Shown here one piece after another: positions 9,624 to 19,000 of a stretch of DNA of 64,000 nt. Under the pieces are notes generated by a model that worked only from the letters and a program-made list of their open reading frames with translations, made no database searches and was not told where the DNA came from. This DNA comes from Candidatus Velthaea sp. (GTDB lineage Bacteria; Vulcanimicrobiota; Vulcanimicrobiia; Vulcanimicrobiales; Vulcanimicrobiaceae): the NCBI GenBank assembly GCA_965214935.1, contig CBDCCS010000003.1:135374-199373 (forward strand). The letters are read 5' to 3'. Made by a program: the position numbers and the translations under genes. Each line of letters begins with the position of its first letter. Within the stretch, counting starts at the first letter, position 1.

Positions 9624-10571
9624 ATGATACAACGAATCGCATTAGGCGCTGCTGCCGCGCTGGCACTTGTAGCGCTGGGCGGCTCGAACTCGCTGGCAGC
9701 GAAGCCGCTCAATTCGATTGGAATTAGCGTCGGCGATTTGGCCAACCCATTCTTCGTCGCTATCGGCCAGGGCGCGTCGGACGAAGCGAAAAAGCTCGGC
9801 GGACCGAACGTGAAAATTACGACGGTTTCCAGCAATTACGATCTCAATACGCAAGTCGGTCAGATCGAAAACTTCATCGCCAACAAGACCGACATCATCC
9901 TCGTGAACGCCGTCGATCCCAAAGCGATCGCGCCGGTTCTTAAAAAAGCGACCGACGCCGGTGTGGTCGTGGTTGCCTTCGACGTCGCCGCTCAAGGAGC
10001 GGACGCCACGGTCATGTCGGACAACTCCGCGGCCGGGACGACGTCGTGCGATTATTTGGCCAAGCACATCGGCGGCAAGGGCAACGTCGTCATCATCAAC
10101 GGTCCGCCGGTGTCGTCGGTTATCGATCGCGTCAAGGGTTGCGAGAAAGTCCTCAACGCCGCGGGGATCAAAATTCTTTCCGATAACCAAAACGCGAAGG
10201 GCAGCCGCGACGGCGGCTTGCAAGTCATGGCCGACTTGCTGACCGCGAACCCGAAGATCGACGGTATCTTCGCCATCAACGATCCGACCGCGATCGGTGC
10301 TGATTTAGCCATCAAACAGGCGCATCGCGACGATATCAAACTCATCACTGCCGTCGACGGTTCGCCCGACGGACAGTCCGGACTCAAAGACAAAGCGTCT
10401 TTGTTCGCGGCAACGGCCGCCCAAAATCCTTACAAGATGGCGTCGATGGCGATCGCTGAAGGCTACGGCATTTTGCAAGGTAAGCAGCCCGCGCAGAAAG
10501 TCGTGCTCCTACCGGTTCCGCTCGTTACCAAAGCGAACGTTGCCAGCTATCCGGGCTGGGTGAAGCCCTAA
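9624..10571 (+). CDS. Sugar ABC transporter substrate-binding protein (RbsB-like)
   Basis: Signal peptide, LANPFF, VAFD, SDN, IFAINDPTAIGA, AVDGSP. Confidence 0.9.
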   Translation: MIQRIALGAAAALALVALGGSNSLAAKPLNSIGISVGDLANPFFVAIGQGASDEAKKLGGPNVKITTVSSNYDLNTQVGQIENFIANKTDIILVNAVDPKAIAPVLKKATDAGVVVVAFDVAAQGADATVMSDNSAAGTTSCDYLAKHIGGKGNVVIINGPPVSSVIDRVKGCEKVLNAAGIKILSDNQNAKGSRDGGLQVMADLLTANPKIDGIFAINDPTAIGADLAIKQAHRDDIKLITAVDGSPDGQSGLKDKASLFAATAAQNPYKMASMAIAEGYGILQGKQPAQKVVLLPVPLVTKANVASYPGWVKP

Positions 10572-10585
10572 GCCTCGCAGTCAAA

Positions 10586-10642
10586 GCGTGATCGTGCAAC
10601 GACGTCACGCAATCAGCGGCGCAGGATTGCTGCGCCTCTGAT
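10586..10642 (+). other. Two intercistronic stem-loops after the binding-protein gene
   Basis: GCGTGA...TCACGC (10586-10610) and ATCAGcGGCGCAG-gattg-CTGCGCCtCTGAT (10612-10642); no U-tract. Confidence 0.55.
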
Positions 10643-10700
10643 GTCGGGTCCGATTACGTAGGTCACTCGTTCGGCGTCGCGGCCGCGCGGTTCAAGGAGG

Positions 10701-12218
10701 GTGCGTTTGATCGATCAAGGCCGGCTTATTTTCGAGATGCGCGGTATCTCGAAAAGCTTTGGCGCAACCCATGCGCTGCGCGACGTACAATTACCGATTC
10801 GCAGCCATGAAGTTCATGCGATCATGGGTGAAAACGGCGCCGGCAAAAGCACGCTCATGAAAATTCTGTCGGGCGTATATACGCCCGACAGCGGAGAGAT
10901 TCTGCTCGACGGTAAGCCGGTCAAGATTGCAAACCCGGCAGCGGCGCGCGACCTCGGCATCAATCTCATCTATCAGGAACTAAGCGTCGCGCCGCATATG
11001 ACCGTTGCTCAAAACGTTTTCATGGGCAGCGAGCCGCGTGGACGATTCGGCATGGTCGACGAGCGGGTGATGAACCGCCGCACCACCGAGATGCTCGAGA
11101 ATCTCGGCGCACGCTTCAAAGCGTCCACGTTGGCGAAATATCTGTCGATCGCCGAGCAGCAGCAGGTTGAAATCGGTCGCGCGCTTATCCATGAAGGCCG
11201 CATCCTCATCATGGACGAGCCGACGGCGGCGCTGTCCGACCGCGAGACCGAGCAGCTTTTTCGCATCATCGAACAATTGCGCGACAAGGGCATTGCGATT
11301 TTGTACATCAGCCATCGGATGGCCGAAGTGCATCGCTTGGCGACTCGCGTGACGATTTTGCGCGACGGCGGCTACGTCGGCGAATTGAGCAAAGCGGAAC
11401 TCGAGCCGCGGCGGGTCGTCCAGATGATGGTCGGACGCGAACTCGGCGACTTCTACGCGCACGCCAAGCGTACCGGGCGTGGACCGGAATTGCTGCGGGT
11501 TGAAGCGGTTGCGGGCGGCAAGGTAAAGCCGGCCAGCTTCAGTTTGTTTGCCGGCGAAGTCACCGGGATGGCGGGTCTCGTGGGGGCCGGCCGGACCGAA
11601 TTAGCGCGACTGATTTTCGGCGCCGATAGCAAGTCGAGCGGAAAAGTTCTGCTCGCCGGCCGCGAGATCAATGTCATGCGGCCGGGCGACGCAATCGCCT
11701 TAGGCATCGGCTACGTGCCGGAAGATCGCAAAAGTCTCGGGCTGTTCTTGCAGTTATCCGCGCTTGCGAACACGTCGATGAACGTGCTTTCACTTCATGC
11801 GCGCAGCGGCATCATCAACTACCGCGATCTGTTTCGCTTGACGCGCGATTCGATCAAGAAGCTTAACGTCAAGATCGGCGGTCCGGACGGGATCGTCGGC
11901 GGTCTATCCGGCGGTAATCAGCAGAAGGTCTTGCTCGCGCGCTGGCTCGAGATCGGACCCAAGGTGCTCATTCTCGACGAGCCGACGCGCGGCGTCGACG
12001 TCGGTGCGAAAAGTGAAATCTACAAGATCATCCATCAACTTGCCGACGACGGCGTCGCGGTACTCTGTATCTCAAGTGAACTTCCCGAACTCGTCGGCAT
12101 TTGCGATCGCGTGATGGTCATGCGCGAAGGTGAGATTACCGGCGAAGTCACCGGCGAGCGCATTTCGCAAGAAAACATCATGGCTCTCGCGGCTCAGGTC
12201 GAACCGGCCGCCGCTTAA
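10701..12218 (+). CDS. Sugar ABC transporter ATP-binding protein (RbsA/MglA type, two ABC domains)
   Basis: GENGAGKS, MDEPT, LSGGNQQK, LDEPTRGVDVGAK. Confidence 0.94.
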   Translation: MRLIDQGRLIFEMRGISKSFGATHALRDVQLPIRSHEVHAIMGENGAGKSTLMKILSGVYTPDSGEILLDGKPVKIANPAAARDLGINLIYQELSVAPHMTVAQNVFMGSEPRGRFGMVDERVMNRRTTEMLENLGARFKASTLAKYLSIAEQQQVEIGRALIHEGRILIMDEPTAALSDRETEQLFRIIEQLRDKGIAILYISHRMAEVHRLATRVTILRDGGYVGELSKAELEPRRVVQMMVGRELGDFYAHAKRTGRGPELLRVEAVAGGKVKPASFSLFAGEVTGMAGLVGAGRTELARLIFGADSKSSGKVLLAGREINVMRPGDAIALGIGYVPEDRKSLGLFLQLSALANTSMNVLSLHARSGIINYRDLFRLTRDSIKKLNVKIGGPDGIVGGLSGGNQQKVLLARWLEIGPKVLILDEPTRGVDVGAKSEIYKIIHQLADDGVAVLCISSELPELVGICDRVMVMREGEITGEVTGERISQENIMALAAQVEPAAA

Positions 12219-12253
12219 ATCGTCCGACCCCCAATGTGTGAGAAGGTGACAGT

Positions 12254-13261
12254 ATGTCGACGATAACGCTCGGCCCGATCGAACGCTCGAAGCGGCCCGA
12301 CGCCGCGGCAATATTCCGTCAGATCGGAATGTTGCCGGTGCTCATCGTTTTATATATCGGAATGTACGCGCTAACCGTTTACGTGGCGGGCGCGTCCGGT
12401 TCGAATTTTTTGACGACGAGCAACACCATGAACATCTTGCGTCAGGTTTCGATCAACCTGGTGCTCGCGTCCGGAATGACGTTTGTCATTTTAACGGCCG
12501 GTATCGACTTATCGGTGGGATCGATTCTTGCCGTTTCGGCGGTGTTCGGGATGCTGACGTCACTCACTCAATTTGCGGGTTTGTCGATTCCGGTTTTCTT
12601 AGTCGCCGGCCTTGCGTGCGGATTGATCAACGGTGCGCTCGTAGCATTCGTCGGCCTCAATCCCTTCGTCGTCACGCTCGGCACGATGACCGCGCTGCGC
12701 GGAGCCGCCTATCTCTTTGCCGGCGGTACGACGGTTCTCAATCAGAACATTCCAAGCTTCGAGTGGATGGGCAACAGCGGTTTCTTAGCGATTCCGTGGC
12801 TCATTTGGCTGGCGGCCGGCGTCGTTATCATCAGCTGGTTCATTCTACGCAAGACGGTGCTGGGATTGCAGATTTACGCAGTCGGCGGTAATCCGCAGGC
12901 AGCGCGTCTAACCGGTATCAAAGTCGGCGTCGTGCTGATGTTCGTCTATGCCATTAGCGGCTTATTCGCCGGACTCGGCGGAGCGATGTCGGCCAGCCGT
13001 CTGTACGGCGCCAACGGCAACTGGGGAACCGGTTACGAACTCGATGCGATCGCTGCGGTCGTGTTGGGCGGCACGAGCTTGAGCGGCGGTGTCGGCGCCA
13101 TCGGCGGCACCGTCATCGGCGCGCTCATCATCGGCGTCATGAACAACGGCCTCACCATCTTAGGCTTGTCGTCGTTTTGGCAGTATGTCGCGAAAGGCGT
13201 CGTCATCGTTCTCGCGGTCATGCTCGATAAGTGGCGTCAGAAACACGGCACGGCTAACTAG
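12254..13261 (+). CDS. Sugar ABC transporter permease (RbsC type)
   Basis: GIDLSVGS, FVVTLG, YAVGGNPQAARLTGI, YELDAIAAVVLGGTSLSGG. Confidence 0.94.
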   Translation: MSTITLGPIERSKRPDAAAIFRQIGMLPVLIVLYIGMYALTVYVAGASGSNFLTTSNTMNILRQVSINLVLASGMTFVILTAGIDLSVGSILAVSAVFGMLTSLTQFAGLSIPVFLVAGLACGLINGALVAFVGLNPFVVTLGTMTALRGAAYLFAGGTTVLNQNIPSFEWMGNSGFLAIPWLIWLAAGVVIISWFILRKTVLGLQIYAVGGNPQAARLTGIKVGVVLMFVYAISGLFAGLGGAMSASRLYGANGNWGTGYELDAIAAVVLGGTSLSGGVGAIGGTVIGALIIGVMNNGLTILGLSSFWQYVAKGVVIVLAVMLDKWRQKHGTAN

Positions 13262-13460
13262 AACAATCGAGCCGATCGCGGCATTCACCGTCGCGTAGCA
13301 ACCGTCGTATCAACGCTTGCCGTGGATAGCGTAACGCCTCCGCCAGAACATATGCGACGTACCGTTCGACAGCGACACGTCGCAGGTTGTTGCACTGACT
13401 TTCCGCAAACGTTTGTAAACGCTAACGCGACGGGAGCCGCGCTTCGACACCGCGCGGCGC

Positions 13461-15131
13461 TTAGCGGAGAAAGCCCTGATGGTATGCGCTGCGTGCGATC
13501 GCAGCCGTCGATGGTTTCGGTCCGAGAACCTGAATCTTTGCCATCATGCCGCCGTCTTCGTGTTCGAGAATGTGGCAGTGGAAAACGAAGGTGCCGGCAA
13601 TGATCGGGTCGCGAAAGTCCATGAGCAAATGAACGACGCCCGGCTGTACTCGTCCGCCGCCGACCGTTTTTGCATACGGAATAGCGATCGTGTCGCGCCA
13701 GGCTGATTTCGGTTGTCGTACGCCGTTGATATCCTCGACCAAAAAATGAATTTGATGGATATGGAACGCGTGCAGTTCATCGGCATAATTTGCAACCGTC
13801 CATTCTTCGACCGTACCCGCGTGGACGGAGAACATCGGCGGCGCGCTCGGGTCCCACAGCTTACCATTGATGTAAAACATGCTGTCGGGATTGTTTTCCG
13901 TGAAGTTCACGACGCGGCGCGCCGCGATCGGCGCTCGGTTGATGTCGCCGAACGGTTCGGCATCGTGCAGTATCGCGCCGGCCGCTACGTGCCCGAGTGG
14001 CGGCTCTCCACCGATGCGAATCTCTGCAAGTCGTCGAGCCGGATCGACGTCGCCGTCGGGTCCATAGTCGATGCACGACGACTCAAGCGCGGTCGCATGC
14101 AACGGTGTTTGCAAGATGAATTCCGATCGGTTGCCGGGTGCAAGAAGCACGTGTTCGACATATTGTGCTTGCAACCAGCGGTCGTGAAATGAAAGTGGTA
14201 CGCCGTCGGATGCAATCAATAATAATTTACTGCCCGGGACGCGCAGGTCGAAGAAGCTATTCGCCGATGCGTTTGCGACGCGGAATACTTGGCGCGTGCC
14301 GGGATTCATTGAGATCGTCGCGCTCGATTGGCCGTTGATGGTAACGCCCTTTGAAGCGCCGTCCGGATCGCATCCGGCGCTGACCGCAGGCAGCGTTGAA
14401 GCATGGCTTGCAGCCGCGCGGATTGCCGTCGCAGGATCGAGCGCCGGATTGTCTGCGCGTGCAAGGGCTGCTGCACGCATCACCGCGCGTTGACGGTGAC
14501 GGGCGAGCGGTGCGAGCGACGGATCTAAGTAGTAATCGCGCAGAATGATGTCGCGTTCGACGAGTCCACTTGCAATCGGTGCATAACGGTCGATGCCGTC
14601 GACAACAATCAATCCCGACATGCCTGAGGCAACTTGCCGGTTACTCTCGCCGTGCGGATGCGGATGATACCAGTACAGTCCCGGCGGTTGATTGCGCGGA
14701 ATGTTAATCACGTAGCGATACCGCTGACCCGGCATGATCATCGTCATGATGACTTGGTCGCCCGGCGCTTGCGGCGACACCATGAGACCATGCGTATGCA
14801 GGTTGCTCATGTCCATGATCGGGCCGCTCGCCGCCGGTAGCGCATTTGTATAATCGATCACGAGCGTATCGCCCGGCCGAACGCGAATGGTCGGCGGGAT
14901 CATTGCGCCGCGATAGATGAACGCCGGTAACTTCGTCGCCGGGTCTAACGCCGCGGTCAAGCGGACGTAGGCTACGCCGTTGACGCTGCGGATTTCGGGC
15001 AAGTTGGCCAATTCCGCCGGCGCTTGCAGTGTGGTTTCCGCTGCGCCGTTGGATACCGCCGTCGTACCGACGGTTGTGAGAACGAGGAAAGCTGCGGCAT
15101 ACAAGCCCGCAAGTCGAGATGTGAACCGCAC
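13461..15131 (-). CDS. Three-domain multicopper oxidase, exported
   Basis: All four copper motifs: NLHTHG, YWYHPHPH, HAFHIHQIHF, FHCHILEHEDGGMM. Confidence 0.92.
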   Translation of the reverse strand: MRFTSRLAGLYAAAFLVLTTVGTTAVSNGAAETTLQAPAELANLPEIRSVNGVAYVRLTAALDPATKLPAFIYRGAMIPPTIRVRPGDTLVIDYTNALPAASGPIMDMSNLHTHGLMVSPQAPGDQVIMTMIMPGQRYRYVINIPRNQPPGLYWYHPHPHGESNRQVASGMSGLIVVDGIDRYAPIASGLVERDIILRDYYLDPSLAPLARHRQRAVMRAAALARADNPALDPATAIRAAASHASTLPAVSAGCDPDGASKGVTINGQSSATISMNPGTRQVFRVANASANSFFDLRVPGSKLLLIASDGVPLSFHDRWLQAQYVEHVLLAPGNRSEFILQTPLHATALESSCIDYGPDGDVDPARRLAEIRIGGEPPLGHVAAGAILHDAEPFGDINRAPIAARRVVNFTENNPDSMFYINGKLWDPSAPPMFSVHAGTVEEWTVANYADELHAFHIHQIHFLVEDINGVRQPKSAWRDTIAIPYAKTVGGGRVQPGVVHLLMDFRDPIIAGTFVFHCHILEHEDGGMMAKIQVLGPKPSTAAIARSAYHQGFLR

Positions 15132-15295
15132 GTCTTACTCCGGCAAAGCACATCGCCGTGCTGGTAACCACACGGCGCGTTCCAGCGGAGTGAAACATGA
15201 TTCGGCGTTGTCCACGAACGGCCGAAGGTCCTAATTAGCGGGGTGATCGTTCCTTATTTTTTGCGTTCGCCGTGCTGTAAGTCGCTTAATGAGGA

Positions 15296-15901
15296 CTACG
15301 TTCGCGAGCGCGCAGCGCAAAGTGCGATCTGCGTCACTCCGAGTAAGAGAACGGTGCCGTAAACGCGCGTCGAGTTTTTATGCATCACACGGTACGCGAC
15401 GCGTTGCGGATCGCTCGCGACCGTTTCGGCAAAGCCGCCCATTGCACGCTGCGCTTGCGTCATAGCCGGAACGATCGCGCGCTGATGATACGCGGTCCCC
15501 GCTACGGCAAGCAGAGCGGCACTGCAGCGAGCTACGTCGTTCGTTCTTCCGGCGGGCTCGAAGCGCCCGCGTGCAAACGCACACAATGCCGTGATCGCGG
15601 CTCCGGCATATGTCAACGTCGCAAGCCGTTCAAGATTGCGTTCCGTGAACGTCGCAAAAGCGTCGCGATCGGCAATTAACGCGAATGCAACCGGAGCGGC
15701 GACGAATGCAAATCCGGCCGCGGCACCAACCCATATTGCCGTTGCCCCCGTCTCGACGACATCGGCGACAAGACCGCCTGCATTACGTGTGCGCGCCGCT
15801 TCATAGGTCGATGGAAGCGTGGGCAGCGGCGGATCGTCGACGGGTTCGGAAATTGCACCGGGCACCTCGGGATCAGGTAGGACCGGTTCCGGTAGATTCA
15901 T
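15296..15901 (-). CDS. DUF4149-like membrane protein
   Basis: Four TM segments, WVGAAAGFAFVAAPVAF and YRVMHKNSTRVYG; Pro/acidic N-terminus. Confidence 0.65.
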   Translation of the reverse strand: MNLPEPVLPDPEVPGAISEPVDDPPLPTLPSTYEAARTRNAGGLVADVVETGATAIWVGAAAGFAFVAAPVAFALIADRDAFATFTERNLERLATLTYAGAAITALCAFARGRFEPAGRTNDVARCSAALLAVAGTAYHQRAIVPAMTQAQRAMGGFAETVASDPQRVAYRVMHKNSTRVYGTVLLLGVTQIALCAARSRT

Positions 15902-16088
15902 AGCGGTCAATTACCCGTCCCGAAGTTCCCTATCTCAGCGAGAACTAAGCCGGTGTGCAATGAAAGGGATGGCTTGGTAACCTGAAGCCGGCGTCGCGGC
16001 ATCGCGATTGTTGTTCGGATAGCCGCCGCACGTAGCATCGGCCCGAACGCGCCGTGCCCGGCTGTGCTCGATACAGCAGAGGAATGTC

Positions 16089-19000
16089 GTGATTCGCACC
16101 ATTGCCGTCGTCATTGCGACCGTTCTCTTCGTCATGTCGGTCGATCGGGAAGCGCCGGCGGCCGGCCCGCGACCGGCAATCGCCGGAGCGTCGATTCGAC
16201 CGCTGTCTGCCTCGCCCGCGTTGCTGACCGAAAGCTTCGCCGGGGTTTCAACGCCCGCCGCAGCGTGGTTGAACGTCGGCACCGCCTGCCTCACGGCAGG
16301 CAACGCAACGACGCCGGCGGCTTCAATTCCGGCGTGCGGGGGAAACGCGCCCCAAGATCTCAGCGGTCAAGGCGCGCTGCAAATGACCGGCCCGACGAAC
16401 AATCAAGCCGCGCTGGTGATGAGCCGTACTCCGGTTTCGACCGCAAACGGGCTGCAAATCACCTTCACCGACTACGCCTTTAACGGTTCGTATAGCGGTG
16501 CTGACGGTTTGACGGTGTTTTTTACCGACGGCAGTAAGCCGCTCCCGGCAACGCTCGGCGCGCCGGGCGCATCGCTGGGCTATGCCGGAACAAGCAGTAA
16601 AGCCGGTGTTGCAAACGCGTATCTCGGCATCGGTCTCGACGAATTCGGAAATTTTTCCACGGCCGATCAGCGCCGGCTCGGCGGACCGGGCCGCGTTCGT
16701 GAAACCATTGCCGTGCGCGGTGCGGCGGCGCTCGGCTATCCCTACCTCGGCGGAGTCGCCGCCGGCACAGTTGCCGCCAGCCTGCCGTTTTCGCTCGATC
16801 AGCCGGCGCTCAAAACCCGGCCTGCAAACGCACCGACGGTACAAATCTCGTTAACGGCGGACGGCGCATTGAGCGCCGCCGTCGATCATCATGACGGAAC
16901 CGGATTCGTCACCTACTATGCGCGAACGATTGTCGGAGTCGAGGGCGAGCCGGCCGTTCCGGCCAGCGTTTTTATCGGCTTCACCGCTTCGACCGGCGGC
17001 AGCTTCAATTGCCATCAAATCGGTAATTTCAGCGTAACCGCGTCGAGCGGCGCATCACCGACGCCCGTGCCGGGGAAGCCGCTCGTAGAGCCGGTGCAAC
17101 TGCGGAGCCAAAACGGCACGCTCGTTTTTAACGTCAGCGCACAGTCGGATGCGTCGACCGGACGCCCCGAATTTAATTACAACGGCTCGCTTATACCGCC
17201 GACGTTGCGGGTCTTGCCGGGCGACACGCTCCTCGTCAATGTTACCGATAATCTTCCCGCGCCCCCGGCGGGCGCCGCATACATGAATGACATCAGCTTG
17301 CATTATCACGGGCTGCATGTAAATCCAAATGCGCCCGGCGATGACTCGATCGATATGATTGCCGCGCCCGGCCAGTCGCTGCACTATCAGATAAAGATTC
17401 CGGCAAATCATCCGACTGGTCTGTATTGGTACCATTCGCATGCGCACGGCGAAACCGAACGGCAGACCCTTGCCGGAATGTCCGGCGCGTTAATCGTTGA
17501 CGGCATCGCGCAATTCGTGCCGCAAGTTGCTGCTCTAACGGAACAGATTTTAATCGTGCGCGACGCTCCCTTACCCGGACAAGCACTCGTACAGGGAAAC
17601 GCAACGCAAGTCAAAGCGATGCAATGGTCGATGCATCACGGCATGTCGATGGGCACGCGAACGCACCTGAACCAAACGGCGTTGAACCGGCGCGCGACGA
17701 CAGAGACGGCGACGCGCAACCCGTTTGTGATCATCGATCGCAACTATCGCAAATTCGTTCGTCCGCTGGCCGTCAGCACCCACTGTTCGGTTAACGAAGC
17801 GCCGCTCAAAGCGCTGACGATCGACGGGCAAACGCAACCGGCGATCGCACTACATCCGGGCGAACGGCAATTCTGGCGGCTCGTCAATGCCGGCGCCGAT
17901 ACCTATCTCGACGTACAAGTTGATAACGCCCAACTGCAAATTGTCGCACTCGACGGCGTGCCCGTCGCCGGCGCTTCGTCCGGCGGACTGACCGTCAACG
18001 ACTATGTGGTGCCGCCGTCGAGCCGCATCGAATTTATTGTTACCGGCCCCGCGGCCGGTGCGCCGGCCTTTTTGCGCACGAAGTGTTTTGATGCCGGACA
18101 AGCCGGCGCAGCGATGCCGGCGACCGTCCTGGCAGCGATCGATCCGAATGCAACACCTGCAATCGTGTCGTCCGCCGCGTTACATCGTCAGCGCGTCGGA
18201 ACGTTTCGGTTACCGGCTTTGCGGTCGGTCCAAGCGCTTAAAACACTCGCGGTCGCGCGCACGCAGACGCTCTATTACAGCGATCAAAACACCATCAACG
18301 GCGTCGCATACGACCCGGCTGCTCCGCCGATGTTGTACGCGCAAAGTAATACGGTCGAAGAGTGGACGATCGTCAATAACTCGAGTCAAGTACACACCTT
18401 TCACATCCATCAACTGCATTTCGTACTCGAAGCAATCAACGGCGCGACGCTCGCGCAGCAATTTTTCTTCGATAACGTCAACGTTCCGGCCGCAACAGCG
18501 GCCGGACCGGGCAGCGTAAAAATATTGCTCGACTTCAGCGATCCGAATCTCATCGGAACGTTCCTTTTGCACTGTCATATCCTGTCGCACGAGGACGCCG
18601 GAATGATGGCTCAAATTCGGGTCGGCACGGCGCCACCGCTGAGCTTAAGTACTGCGACGGTAAATTTCGCTGCGGCAACTGCAGCGGCGCAAACCGTCAC
18701 GGTAAGCGGCGGTACGTTGCCGTACAGCCTGAGCGGCTGCGCGCAGGTTGCCGGGGCGGTCGTTCGGGGAAACGCAGTCGTCATTACTGCCGCCGGCGCC
18801 GGTACGTGCCAATTAACCGTCGCTGATAGCAGCGGCTTGATCGGCTCGATCGCCGTCAACGTCGCCGCAGCGGCACCGGTACTCTCCGTTTTGCCGAATG
18901 ACGTCAGTTTTGCCGGTACCGGTGCTGCAAGCCAGAACGTCGCGCTTAGCGGTGGACAGCCGCCGTATTCGGCCGGCGGCTGTGCCGGAACGGTTGCCGT

